Source: Camelus dromedarius (lineage: Eukaryota). From it: a DNA stretch of 64,000 nucleotides. Numbering within the stretch: position 1 is the stretch's first letter; each line of letters begins with the position of its first letter. Position numbers and translations under genes: made by a program. The stretch lies in contig NC_087437.1 of the NCBI RefSeq assembly GCF_036321535.1, forward strand, positions 14,510,001 to 14,574,000, written 5' to 3'. Of this stretch, positions 14,030-26,711 are shown in pieces. Under the pieces are notes generated by a model, which saw only the letters and a list, made by a program, of their open reading frames with translations, was not told the origin of the DNA and searched no databases.

Positions 14030-14570
14030 TTGTATCTTTACTTAATTGTAGTTTTTTCTATGAAATTTTTTTGTGTAATAAATATTTGGAATGAGTACAG
14101 TTTTATCTTTTTCCTTATTGCTTCAAACTTTGATTCAGAGTTAGCAAAGCTTCTCCATCCCCACGTAACAAAAGAATTACTCATATTTTCTTCTAGTATT
14201 TGCACAGTTTACATTTTTACATGTAAACCTCAGCCTCATTCAGAATTTATGCTGGTGTGTGATGTTTGGAATGAGTCATTTTATCTCTTTCCATATTACT
14301 CTGCCGTTATCTGAAAATGCTTATTTAAAAGCTCATCTTTTTGCCCACCAATTGAATAATGCTGCCTTTATTATATACTAAATTTCCATATGTAATTTGG
14401 TCTATTCATGAGTCAGTTTCAAATTGCCTTAATTATAGAGGCTTTCAAGTAAGTTTTAATGTCTGATAGGCCTGGCAGTCCCTGTCTACCCTGACTCCAA
14501 CTTGTCAAGGTTTTTTTGTTTTTGTTTCCCAAGATTTTCCTGGCTATTCTTCCTTATTTGTTCTCTGTGA
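14030..14570 (-). mobile_element. Old degraded L1 (L1ME/MC-type) fragment
   Basis: T-rich with antisense ORF2-like motifs (TTTTCTTCTAGTATTT, TATATACTAAATTTCCATATGT, TTTTCCTGGCTATTCTT). Confidence 0.55.
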
Positions 14571-15218
14571 ACTTGTCATTTCAAGTCAATTTGCATATCA
14601 GAGATCAGAGCTTTTCACTGGGCTCTTTATTACTTCTTCCCTGCGACATGGACATTTCTAACTGGAACATTTCAAGTGGCCTATGAAAGAGAAATTTCCC
14701 TCCTGTTCCATTTAAGCCAAAGGGAGAGGCAGGATTCTGTGAAGCTCGCTTTCATTAAGAAAGGGTTCAGGTTGCTTGCACCCCCTCAAACCCCCCTCCC
14801 CAGCTAATAATCAGCAAGACCCCCTCCTGGGCCACTGTCTCTGCATGTTTGGTCAAGTGTTTTCACCATCCTCCTCTCTTACTTTTCTTCAGCCTTTTGG
14901 CTATAAAACTGTGTACTTTCTTAGGATTTCATCCCAGAATTTGTTGTCATCCCTGGAGCTCCTAAATTATCCCCTGAGGGTCCAGATACAATTAATGTTT
15001 CCCACTATATGTTTAAAAAGAAGCTTTTGATGGACTCTCACTGTGCCTCTCCAACTCAACAAAGCAGCACAGTTGACCCAAAAGACTCAGCTGAGAAACC
15101 ATCATTAGAACTCTGAGTGAGTTCAGTTAGGTCACAAAATGAATACATAAAACTGAGTCATTTCCATATGGAGGCAATTAGAAAATAGAATGGAAATAGA
15201 AATTCCATCACCGTGGCA

Positions 15219-15261
<43 letters not shown>

Positions 15262-15263
15262 AT
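15219..15263. repeat. (TAAA)11 microsatellite within an old L1 remnant
   Basis: Read directly from the sequence. Confidence 0.95.
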
Positions 15264-16329
15264 GTAAAATGCCTAGGGATTAACTCCACAGAACTGTAGA
15301 ACTTAAATGAAGGAAAAATATTGCAGAACTTCACAGAAAGACCTAAATAAGGATTAATTTTGAATAAACACTAGGCCATATGGTGCTTGTTGTTAGGATA
15401 GCCCTGTGCAGCCAAGATGATCTCGTGTCCCAGATTGATGTGCTCAGGTCTTTGACATATAGATGACATGGCTGTATTCCATGTGTTGTGGCAAGTCTTA
15501 ACAGTTTCTCAAAAATCTCTAAGCATTTCCAGAGATGATTAAGGGTCTTATGTTCCCCTTGATCAATATCAACTGCAACTATTTCTCTGCTCTCCTATTA
15601 CTTGATTATTCATTTATTCACTCATTCATTTGTTTATTCACAACACACTATATTGAGTGCTTACCATGTCCTGAGCACTCTACTCCGTGGATGCCCACCA
15701 ACCATTGCTTATGGCCCCTGTGGCTCCTACCTTTGTTCCCTGTCACCCTTGTCTTGGGACACAGTCTCTTCTCTTTCATTGATTGCACAGCTGAACATTG
15801 CTAATGCAAGGCTATTTTGTGCAAGACCTTTGCTGAGATTTTGAGGGTCTTAGTAGTGGGTAAGCATTGTGGGGGAAGAGGAGGACAGATGTGGTGTGTA
15901 AGTAAAAACAGCGTAAAACAAGAAGCAAGGGAAAATTAAATATCAAAAACCATCAAGTTCAGGGGGAATTCCTTCCTTTATCTTTTATTCTTGGGTCCCA
16001 CCTGCTGCTGTCTTTAGGAATTGCCGCTTTCTCTCAGCATCTCTTGTTTAACATCTCCTCAGCCTCTCTGATTTCTGGACCCTTAACCTCTCTTTCCTCA
16101 CCTTTGGGAATTCAAACTTCCTCTTATTTTATAATGGAAAGAAGTCTGACTCTCTCTCTCCCTCTTACTCATCTGAATCACACTGGGGATGGAAAGAGGG
16201 GAGCTTTAATTTGCCTAACCAAAGAAGTCACTGAGCTGTTGTGTACCACCCCCAAACAAGAGTACTTCTCTTCCTCTGAAAGTTTTTCTCATCTCCAGAG
16301 CTCTAATCTTTAAAATAGTATTTTTTCAT

Positions 16330-17670
16330 CACACGTGGATTTTTGAAGAGATCAATCTCTCCCAAATTAATAAAGTAAATAGAAGATAATTCCAACTATA
16401 ATCCCAACGACATTTTTTTCTGAAATTTGATAAAATGATCTTACAGTTGGTTTGGGGGTGGGGCTGGAACAGCTCAGAGAATAAGGTAAATCTTAAAAAG
16501 GAGAGTAATAATGGAGGACTAATTCTACCAAGAGTTTTAATTTAAACAACACATATTGTTACAATGGAAGAATGAGCAAACAGAGAAGTGAAACATAACA
16601 CAAAGTCCAAAATCAGATCTAAATGAAATTTTAAAAAACACCAGAGGAAACTATTTATGTAATCCTGAACTAAGTAAGGGAGGCCTTTCTAACCATGGTA
16701 ATACGTGTGTGCATGTGTGTCAGTCTTACAAAAAAATAAATAAATAGAGACAAAAACAGTGTGCTCTACAACATGGATGAACCTTAAAAACATTATGCTA
16801 AGTGGAAGAGCCAAGCACAAAAGGCCATGTATTACATCTTTCTGTTACTAAATTGGTGGACTGACCCCCACCAGGGTCCTAGGCCTGGTCTTGTCTTGGC
16901 CAGAGAGATTCGGTTTCCTCTCAGATTCCACAGCCAGGAATGAAAATGAGACTGGAACAGCACAAGCTTTATTCAGTGGCCAAAGAATGGAGAAACAGGA
17001 ACTTAGTTTGCAAATCAACTTCCACCAGAGACACCATGTATCTAGGAGGGTCTAGTTAAAAGGGAAGGAATTGGAAAGAGTGGGAGGAATTTCCATGACT
17101 TATCCGAGAACAGGGGTGTGGTTTGTACCTGGAACTGATGCAACACTCCTTTTCGGTCCTTGTATGGGCTTTTCCAATTGTTTTCATGGCAGTTGTTAAC
17201 TGTCTTGTGCTGGTGGGTGTGTCATTTATCATGCTAACGTATTACAGTGAGCTCAAGGTCTATTGGACATCATCTTCCGCCATCTTGGGCCTAGTTGGTT
17301 CTACCCAGTTCTTGTTTTTTCTCTTTGCTGCTTCCTCCTGAAACTTAGATAACAGCAACTGGTTTCCATTTGAGGGAAGCTCAGGGGTATGATTTTTGAG
17401 GCAACAGCCTTGGTAACAATTCTATATACGTGAAATGCACAGAATAGGCAAACCCATCGTAGTGGTTGCCAGGAGCTGGCACAATGGGCGAGGGCACGAT
17501 GGGAAGTAACTTCCAATAAACATGGGAATTCTTTCTAGAGTGATGAAAATGTTCTGGAATTAGGTACTGATTAGAGTTGTACAACTTTTGAATATGCTAG
17601 TAACCATGGAATTATATACTTAACATATACAGGGCTAAATTTTATGATACATGAATTATATCTCAAAAAA
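16330..17670 (+). mobile_element. Old L1 (L1MB/ME-type) ORF2 remnant and 3'UTR, split by an LTR
   Basis: ACAACATGGATGAACCTTAAAAACATTATGCTAAGTGGAAGAGCCAAG before the LTR; GAAATGCACAGAATAGGCAAA..ATGAATTATATCTCAA after it. Confidence 0.75.
16843..17418 (-). mobile_element. ERV1-class solo LTR (576 bp) nested in L1
   Basis: TGTTAC..GTAACA inverted termini; 4-bp TSD TTTC/ATTC; minus-strand AATAAA near 16970; L1 continues on both sides. Confidence 0.85.
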
Positions 17671-17747
17671 TCCTTAAAGATAAATCAGTTCCACTTGAGG
17701 TATTCTAAGAAAAAAACCCAGCATGCCAGTAGAGAATGGTTAAAGAA

Positions 17748-18200
17748 TGTCTTAAAAAATATTCAGTGACACAATGACACTTGTTAAAGAAGGCATACTT
17801 TATTCAGGGCCATCTGGATAGGTGCAGGGGCCACTGGAGTGGGATTTTACAATGAGGGAGGGAAAGAGATTAGGTTCAGCTCTGAATACAGCATGGGCAA
17901 GTGGGAATTTATAGCCAGGGAATAGGGTGGCAGTCAGGGGATAGAAGATTACTAAGAGGAAGCATCAGGGTAAAGGGTTTGGCTAATTTAACCTAACAGG
18001 GTTGTTACTGAAGACAGGCCATGGTGTCATCACCTAGGGGATGGCAGAGGTCAAGGAACCTGATCAGATATTGAGGGTGGTTATATATTGATGGTGAGGA
18101 GCTCCAGTTAAGCTGACTTAGCAGTGTTCTTGCTAAAACTAGGTTTTACAAGGAAGTGCACAAAGAGGCCTAGAGAAGGTTCGGGAGCCTGACTTTGTCA
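17748..18200 (-). mobile_element. MER31-like ERV1 solo LTR
   Basis: GCATGGGCAAGTGGGAATTTATAGCCA, CTTGCTAAAACTAGGTTTTACAAGGAAGTGCACA and GGAGCCTGACT match my recall of the MER31 reverse complement. Confidence 0.75.
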
Positions 18201-19123
18201 AATGTGAACTTAAAATTTTAAAAAGACAAATGACTAATAAACCTATAAAATGCAAATTAAAGCAATGAGAAGGAATATGTGCTTATTTACGTGGCAAAGA
18301 TGGAAAGAAAGTACAAATTTCCATTACTCAGTACGTTGTAGTCTAACGGAGAGTCTCATAATGTGGTGTTGATGAAGGACAATCTGGCAGTGTATTTCAA
18401 GAGACTTAAATTGTATCCTTGTGATTTCATTTCTAGGAATTTATCTTGAAAAAATACTGTGTGCCATTAAAATTAAAAAGTGAAGTATAGTAACAATGCA
18501 GGAAGATGTTTCTACCACTAGGGAGAAAAATTAGAATGTATAATACATAATGAAACAGACCAATAGACATGTACACTTGAAAGGCTGGAGAGATGGGTAA
18601 TTTGCATCTTCTTATATATTCTTATCTATATTTGGTTTAGCTATATTTTCTGAACATTCTAAACTGAAGGTGTCTTTTATAATCAGAAAATAATAGAAAA
18701 ATTGTTTAATATAATGCAATTGCAAGTGTAGTGAAGCTTTTGGGGATGTTTTGTCTTTTTTGGTGAGCACCATAGTAGATATGAGATTAGAAATTTCTTA
18801 TTTCTCCTGTTTCAAGACTAGATTCAGGGGAGATGAACTGGACATCCTCAAAAGTTCCAGAGCCAGATACTCACTCTCTGGTTGCCCATATGAGTTTGCT
18901 TCAGTGGTGTGTATAGTTTCAAGATCTAACCGACTGATTAATTGGTAGTTTTATAACATAGACTGTACTGTGGTATATTCAATCCCAAGAATTTTTCCCT
19001 TCGAATCTGGTATTTTAGGCTTTATAACCAGGATCGTGTTGAGTGGACTTGCTTCTGATCATTAGCTTGAATTATGTTCCCCAGATGTAACGATTTTCTT
19101 CTCCCAATTTCCTAGACAGAATC

Positions 19124-19165
19124 ATGAATAAACTGGAGGACACGCAGGACCAGATGATACCATGA
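19124..19165 (+). promoter_or_regulatory. Upstream ORF MNKLEDTQDQMIP*, whose stop overlaps the TMEM108 start codon
   Basis: ATG at 19124 (atcATGa) and in-frame ATG at 19154; TGA at 19163-19165 overlaps ATG at 19162-19164. Confidence 0.7.
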
Positions 19166-19201
19166 AGAGAAGTTTACAGGCCCTCTATTGCCAACTGTTA
19201 A
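19162..19201 (+). CDS. TMEM108: TMEM108 (transmembrane protein 108 / retrolinkin), first coding segment: 13 codons + 1 nt of the signal-peptide region
   Basis: ATG AAG AGA AGT TTA CAG GCC CTC TAT TGC CAA CTG TTA A|gtaagt = MKRSLQALYCQLL(S), the mammalian TMEM108 N-terminus as I recall it. Consensus donor GTAAGT at 19202, accATG context, in-frame upstream TAA at 19129-19131. Confidence 0.93.
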
Positions 19202-20402
19202 GTAAGTTGATGTCACATTTCTTCTTTCCTAGAATAGACCAATGTTTTTATGTGTCCAGTGCTGGAAACTTACACACTTTCTGGAGGAAGACCAGAGTTT
19301 GATCAGTAAGGGAGGATGGTAAATTTTCCATCTGCTTCCTCTAGGTACTTGAAGTATCAAGCATTAAGTCATTCTGTTGCCCTGGGCATCAGTTACTGTA
19401 CATAATTGCTATAGACCTCATTTTGATAATTCTAAATTGGCATGTTAGGGACGTTTTGAAAATGAGTGTCAAAAACATGATTCCTCTTGGTTTTGTGGCG
19501 GAGTAAGGGATACTCCAGCATGATCCTCTCTGGTTTTCTCATGGAGAGGAAATGGTGGGTGGTGGGATTTTGTCACATAGAACTAGAACCTGGTACCATT
19601 CAGTGACTGTACAGCTTTGACGTGGAATGTTTTGCATAGTTACGCGTGTTCTTAGATAATGAATGGTGAAAATGTGGTTCATTTAGGTTGGTGGTAGAAT
19701 GAAGAGTGTTCAGTTACGATTGTCTCCGTATGGCACTCGTGTGTTTTGGGGACTGTGCCACAAAACTCCAGTTGCTGCTTACAGACTGCATAGTCCTTAG
19801 GATTGGATTGTTACTGAATGAATGCAAAAACCAGTACCAGTTGGTAGGTTTGATATTTAGATTGACTCATTCAGGACAATAGTCAGTGCCCGCTCAGGGT
19901 CAAATCAAGCCATTGAGTTGGAAAAACTTGAAGTTCATTGTGCTTGTCTGGTTCTTGCTGAGGTAGAGGACCGATCTTTCCTAGGCTGAGTGGCTCCTTC
20001 TTAACTTTTGCCAAGAAAGTAACAAGAAAAGAGATTGAGATGCAAATCACCAGTCAGCCTTTAGAATTTAGCAATTCAAGTTATGTTGCACCCCCAGTGC
20101 AAAGCACTTTATCTACAGACAGCATTCTGGTTGGGTGTTTTAATTGACACATTTTTGCTATTGAATTCTAATCCCTGAAACACAGATCACGTCAGCCTGG
20201 TTTCAGCCTGGTGGAACATAGCCAAGAGTTACAGGGACTCTCATGTTCTTTCTCCATGTATTCTGTAGGGTTTGTTGCATTTTTTTTTTTAATGATAAGC
20301 TTACTTTTTAGAGAAAAGGCATTATGGATTGAAGAAGCAATGTCATCAAGGAATGATTAACTCTGCCTTGATGGGAGAGGAAACATTTGAAGGATAAATA
20401 GG

Positions 20403-20405
<3 letters not shown>

Positions 20406-20444
<39 letters not shown>
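20406..20444. repeat. (AC)19 microsatellite
   Basis: Read directly from the sequence. Confidence 0.97.
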
Positions 20445-20445
<1 letters not shown>

Positions 20446-21254
20446 TCCCTCAAGAAAGTGAGGCATGTTTTGCAGACAAAAGAAACAAGATATGAAAGAA
20501 AGCGTAGTAGATTTGGAAGGCAGCAGAACGTTTGTTGAATTCATCTATGCTGACTCTGTGCCCCAAAGTTTGCATAATATCATAAGGTCAAATATTATCT
20601 GAAAGGCACCAGAAAAGTATTTCGTGTCCAGAGTCAAGTCTTATGGTGTAACAGGCCCATCCTCCCACGCTCACAGTGTTGGAAAGCTGAAGGGATTTTG
20701 CTCAGACATTATCTGGCTAGCTGCAGAAATCAGCCTTGCCTTAACACTTTCATTGTTTGCAAACTTGCCTAGAAATAAAGGCCAGCAGCCGAGAGTAGAT
20801 AGTTTCCTGCTAGTTAGGAGGTACGTAGCGGCCCTGGATAAACCACCCCGATGGCTAGAGAGCTGATTATGGGCTAGAGCCTGGCTTTGTACAGAGCTGA
20901 GAGGGTGAAGCACTTGGGCACTAGATCAGTTAGTCTGACTTCAGGGAATGGTTTTCACAAGTTCATTGAGATGACGGGCTATTATTTGTAGCATTTTTTT
21001 CCTCATGAGAGGAATTACATATTTAGTAAAGTCCTAGATAACGTAAACCCCTGCATACATAGACACACAATATCATATATGTCATTGGTCAACCAGTTGT
21101 TAAGTTATGCCTGGACTAACATTGTCCACAAACAAAATGTTTTTTCAGTGTCTAAAACAGACTTGAGAACTGCAGAGTCAACATAAACTTATTATGTTAC
21201 TTTACGTCACTCAGAAAACTGATGTTTTTAATTTGGGGGGAAAAACTGATAGAG

Positions 21255-21741
21255 GGTTCTGGTTATCTTTTGTTGCATAACAAATCACCACAAATCACCA
21301 CATTTGTAGCTTAAAGCAGCAACAATGATTCATTTTGCTCATGAATCTGCAGTTTGGTCGGGCATTGGCAGACTGCTCCACAGTGGCGAGGATCTGGGCT
21401 GGAATAACTCCAGCACCCGGAGGCTGGAACAGCTGGGGCTGGCCCAACATCTTTTTTTTTTCCCCTCAGGGCTTTTCACAGAACAAAGTGAGGTTTCCTC
21501 ACAGCATGGTGGCCTCAGGGTGGTCAGACTTCTTACACAACAGCTCGCGGCTATGAGGCCAGGGCAAAATCTACAAGGCTTCTTAAGAATTAGACTTGGA
21601 AACCCCAGAGCAATACTTCAGCCACATTGTGTTGGCCAAGGAAGTCACTAAGGCCAATCCTGATCCCGGGGGAGAGGGGTTGGACGGCACCTCTGAAAGG
21701 GAGTTGAGTAGAAGGAGTTTATGGTCAACTTTAGCCTACCA
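21255..21741 (-). mobile_element. MLT1 (G/H-type) LTR
   Basis: TTGTTGCATAACAAATCACCAC..TTTTGCTCATGAATCTGCAGTTTGG..CAGCATGGTGGCCTCAGGGTGGTCAGACTTCTTAC. Confidence 0.75.
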
Positions 21742-22544
21742 GAGAGTATCTGCTTACAAAGGAAGAAAATTCAAGCAATTACTCACTAGTGGACATGAGC
21801 CAGTCCAAGAGTCTCATTATCAGCTAAGCTGCTCCCTCCTGTGTGCCTACTGTGTTCACAGGCATCTGCTGATCAGTTTGCCTGAATCTTCTCATTCATC
21901 CCAGAGGTAAATGCTTCAAGATGAAGACATGTTAGTGATGAGTACGTTAAGGAGTGGCCCAGGGTGACCAGGTGGTGAATGATGGAAAATTCACACTCAG
22001 GTTTCTCTCTACCTCTTTAAGCTGTTTTTCCATGCTGCCTGGTGCCTGCACCACACAGGGGAGAAATCAGCAGGGTGGCTTCTGTGCCTCGCCCTGTGAC
22101 TAGATGGGGGTGGTTCTGACCCATGAGGGGTAAAGTTTGTGTCTTATTAATGATGTCAGGTAGGGCTAAAAAAAATCTAGGCTCTCTCTGGATCACTGCA
22201 TTGCAGTCACTGGGGCTTCTGTGTGCCTGATGGGGGCTGAGGGATGCAGTCTTTGGCAGGCAGGGCAATTGAGGTTTTAATATTTTACTTTTATTACAAC
22301 TGAGTGTCTCTGCCTCTATTTTATTTCCTGGGCTGCATTCCACAGTGTAGTCCTGAGTGTTTCATCCTGGCAGCTTTGGCCCTTTGGGAAACTTTAACAC
22401 ATTTTATACGATACCTTGGACTGACTGAGAGCTTGAGGATTTAGGTGGTGATGAGAGCTTTATGGTTATGTGAGAAATAAATGTTTATATTCATTTTTCC
22501 TTTTTAGACCTGAATAGTAAAGTAGGTGCAAAGTTACTGCCAGG

Positions 22545-22725
22545 AATCCTGGATTTTGGGGCTGCGAACCAGGGTTCAAATTCTGTCCCCACCACTTAGT
22601 AGGTGCCTTATGTTAGGTAAGTCACTTAACCTCCATGTGCCTCATATGCAAAAGGGGATATGACCACCCACTGCATAAGATGTGTTGAGTGAGATAACGT
22701 GGCACATAGAAGACCTACCATAAAT
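22545..22725 (+). mobile_element. MIR SINE
   Basis: GGGTTCAAATTCTGTCCCCACCACTTAGTAG..GGTAAGTCACTTAACCTCCATGTGCCTCA. Confidence 0.75.
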
Positions 22726-24574
22726 GCCTGTCCCTCGCTGCGCCTTCCTGTCTGTGGGAGAAGGGTACAGCCTCCTCGGGAGCTCTACTCTAATCCCTGC
22801 ATGGGGTTTTTGATTCATGAAACATTTCCTTCCACGATTTGATCCTTACAAACCTTATAAGGCAAACGGGGCTTTAATTATCACTGATCTCATTCTACAG
22901 AGGAGGGAGTTTACATAATCAAGGCTGCCTTTCCCAGGCCATGTCACACTTTTTTAAAAGTAATAATGGAAAATAAGGACATCATCACAAACTTAAGAAC
23001 ACGACGTCACTGGGGAGGCACTGAGTCCTGAGTTAACAGATTTGGTCTTTGCCTGGGTGCTGTGTGCTGGAAATTCATTGTTACTGCATTTTGAAGAAGA
23101 CTAAGATAATTATTTTAAGCTTATGAAGATAAGGTTTTTTAAAATGCTGATATCTATTTAAATCAAAGATGTTTCGATACTTAGGAGTTAGGGAGTGATT
23201 CTGTCAATAAGTTAAGCATTTGCTCTACACGCAGGCATTTGTATTTCTTAAATCGTGCTCTGTATCATCGGTATCTCACTTGCTCTTGCATCCTCTGCAT
23301 ATACTGGACGGTGGGACCATACAAAGTAACCCTCTGCTCAACCCAGAGAACCGTCCATGGGTCCCTATCTTACCCAGGAGGTGGAAGAGAAGGAAAACAC
23401 CTAGTGTAGATGTGGGCCTCTAACCTGCAGAATTTAGAAGGTGAAGGAGACACCTCCGCTGCCCTCTTTACCTGGAGCCTGGGGATTGTGCCTCTGTCTC
23501 AGACCTGAATTACCTACACACAACCCCAAATCCTCATTACTCACCACTCTAGTCTCTCCCAGGCGTAGTGAGAAGCCGCTTGCGTGTGGGGTTTATTTCT
23601 GATGGGATGTTCTGCCTCTCATCTGATCTCTGGAACTGAGCAGAAGCCCCAGAAAATACTTTAAAGTGAGCGAAATGTCTTTGGTGCCCGTCTCAGCTCT
23701 AACTAGCCATGTTTGCCAGCCAGCCACCCAGTGACTTTATTCTTCCCTCCAGTCACTTCTTAAACTAGTAATGTCCACATAGTAATATCTTCCACAAGGG
23801 AGTAACACTTTCCCCTCTGTTTTCTCCATGCTTAGCCTTATCCCATAGTAGACCCAGAGTCCCACCGTGGTACCTCCCCAGGCCGGTTGTGGTCCTGAGG
23901 TCTGTGATCTGAAGTTCTTGTGTGTTCCATTAAGGTACAAAGAAATCTGACTAAATTAATTAATGCCAAGGTGTACTTTATTGGCTAAGAAGAGTTAAGG
24001 AGCTTCTCCATAACTTTCATGGATATTTGCATATTAAAAGAAATTAATTTTACCTTCTCAAGGTAAATGCAATGTTGATGTCATTTGAAACTGTATTGAG
24101 TATAGCAGTTTAAACAGGTAAGTTTCCCAGGGCCCATCCATTTGTCTGGATCTCCTTGAGTCAATGGTCTTAAATCTTCAGATCATTTCTCTTTCTGCCT
24201 CATCTTTTGCCTCTTGGCCAGCTAAAACCAGAAATGATCTTCTTATGCCTTATCTGTACCCTGTCATCACTATCCAGCCAGATTTCCAACCCTGAATACC
24301 TGAAGTCATCCCGACTTATTCTCTACCCCAGCCTGGGTGCATTTGGATCCCAGCTTCCGTGGACTCTAACTTGTGAATCCATTCATTTCTCTGCATCCCC
24401 ACTGTCTCTGCTTGGTGAAGGGCTTCCCGTGGTCTCGCCTGGACCCTTTTAATAGTCTCCCTGCTTGTTGCCCTAATCTCAGGCCTCCTCCTTCTAATTC
24501 GTCCTCACATAGCTGCAGAATCAGCTGCCTGTCCTCTTCTGATGATCTTCTGATGGCTTTTCATTGCCAGGAGC

Positions 24575-25032
24575 AGCAGTCACAATGTGGTCCCGGAACC
24601 TCTGGGGAACCCTAAGACCTTTGCAGAAAGTCTGTGAGGCTCTCCCTTTTCCAATTACATATCTTTACGAAGCCAGCTTTTCTTCATATTCTTCAGTCAT
24701 ATTGCCACACATTGAATGCAGAAGCTGAGAGCCAGCTAGCTGTCTTTCCTAAGCCAGATATTAAGGAGATTTACAAAACTATAAAACAATGGCACCTTTC
24801 TCACTAATTTTTCTGTTTTAGAAAATACGGTCATTTTTTATTTAAAATGTTATTTGTTAACATGTAATGAGTTTGTTGTTATTTTAATGGATTAATTTTT
24901 ATTTCTCAGCTTTAAATTTTAGTATGGTAAATAGTAGTAGGTATAGCCCTTATAAAGAAAGACTCTTTGTGGTTGTCAGTAATGTTTAAGATATTAAAAA
25001 TGTCATGAGACCAAAGTGTCTGAGAACCACTG
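24575..25032. mobile_element. Charlie1-type hAT DNA transposon remnant within L2
   Basis: TTGAATGCAGAAGCTGA..AAGCCAGATATTAAGGAGATTTACAAAA..TGAGACCAAAGTGTCTGAGAACCACTG terminus. Confidence 0.7.
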
Positions 25033-25241
25033 ATCTAGGGTTTAAGCCTAAATTCCTTAGGTTAGCATTCAAGACTGGTTAACAGTCTGGTCCCAGACTA
25101 CCCCTTCCTCCTCGCCTCAAGCCACTTCTCTCCTTCACAAGCATACACACGTATACACACCCCCACACACACACTACTCCATGCAGTGGACGCCCAGTGT
25201 GCTCCAGCCACCACAACTGACATTCCATCCCCCACAAAATA

Positions 25242-25439
25242 CAGTTATCCCTCAGTGTCCATGAGGGGTTGGTTCCAGGACCTCCTGTGGATACCAACTT
25301 CCATGAATGCTCAAGTCCCTTACAGTCAGCCCTGTGCATTCGTACAGTGGGATAAGAGTGTATATTTATTTATTGAAAAAAAAATCCACATGTAAGTGAA
25401 CCCGTGCAGTTCAAACCTGTGTTGTTCCAGGATCGGCTG
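25242..25439. mobile_element. MER8/MER2-like Tigger MITE
   Basis: TA-CAGTTATCCCTC..GATCGGCTG-TA (TA TSDs); internal TTGGTTCCAGGACC and GCAGTTCAAACCTGTGTTGTTC. Confidence 0.8.
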
Positions 25440-26349
25440 TATTTAGCTCTGGGTGTCCGTGTGCTTGTTTTCAGGTTGTCCAGCTCCGCAGCACGGGGAC
25501 TCCAATTCTTTCATTCCCCCATCTCCAGTCTAATCTAGAGCTTGAATCATAGTGGGCCTCAATATATATTTAATGTAATGACCATATGTCAGCAAATCTA
25601 AGATGTCATTAATCATAAGATACACTGTTATTTTATGAACCACTGAGAAGGAATAAATGCTTCAACTGTAAAACCATCATACACCATCAATTAGACCTTA
25701 CAATGTGGAAGCACGTGTGTGGATAAAATACAGAACTATTAGGGTGGATTGTAGGTAACTGGGTAACATGGTCCCTGGGTTTTTGCCACTAAATTGTTTA
25801 GGACCAAGTCTCAGCGAACTGGTCTGTATCGCCAGCTCCTACCTAGGTAGGCCCTATATTACAAAGGAACTTCCCTTTGGAGCTGGAGAGAGATCAGAGT
25901 GGCTGAAGCTGGTGAGTGTGTTCTGTGTGCATGGTTCGTTTTTCCTGATAAGTGAGAGGAAGTTTTCCCTGAGGTTAATGAGGGAGAGTTGATATAAATC
26001 ATAACGAACATGGAATTTAGGTCCAAACAAGTGTTGACTCCAGAAATGTAGGCTCTTTTAGACGTTACAGGCAATCATAAAGATACTACATTATGTTTAT
26101 GTGTGAAATGAAGAGTTTTCATTTCCTCCCCCACCCCTGGAGGTGTCTTCCCCCTCCCACACTGTCTGGCCACAACCTCCTTGGAGAGTGACAGTGTGGC
26201 AACCATGTTAAAGACTCAGATTCTGGATTAAGACTGCTTGGGTTCAAATCTTGGTTTGCCATGAATTCTTTTCCAGTAATTTTTATATTTATTGAAATAT
26301 AAAAAAGGGAAAAAAAGGAGAACAGACTGGATTACTCTGATTGGCCTTC

Positions 26350-26711
26350 ATCAGTATTTCGCAAACCTGGATTACATTAGAGTCACCTGGAGAGCGTTTA
26401 ACAAATCTTCTTGCCCAGACCCCACCCCAGATCAATTAGAATCTTTGGGAGAGAGGGTAGGGAGTGGGGACGCCTGGGTTTCAGGTGATTCTAATGTTCA
26501 ACCAGGGTTGAAAAATCACTGGCTTAGAGCAGTGGTTTTAAACTTAATCATGGAACAGAATCACCTGGAAGGCCTGTTTAAACACAGACTGCCGGGCAAG
26601 ACCCTGGAGTTCCTGATTCGGTTGATCTGGGGTGGGGACAATCGTTTGCACTTCTAAGTTTTCGGTGATGCTGAAGCTTTGGTCCAGGGACCACACTTTG
26701 AGAATCACTGT
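26350..26711. mobile_element. Two adjacent MER5-family elements
   Basis: CATTAGAGTCACCTGGAGAG..GGGTTGAAAAATCACTG, then CAGTGGTTTTAAACTT..AGAATCACCTGGAAGG..CCACACTTTGAGAATCACTG. Confidence 0.8.

Larger units (their letters stand above)
19116..19201 (+). other. TMEM108: TMEM108 exon: 46 nt 5'UTR + 40 nt CDS; the flanking window is inferred to be intronic
   Basis: Polypyrimidine tract TTTTCTTCTCCCAATTTCCTAG ending at 19115, branch-like GTAAC just upstream, donor GTAAGT at 19202. No other TMEM108 coding exon found in the window. Confidence 0.9.

Noticed and set aside
20801..20815. AGTTTCCTGCTAG, encoding SFLL like the next TMEM108 exon
   Set aside because: No polypyrimidine tract, and the following sequence does not continue as TMEM108; chance match.
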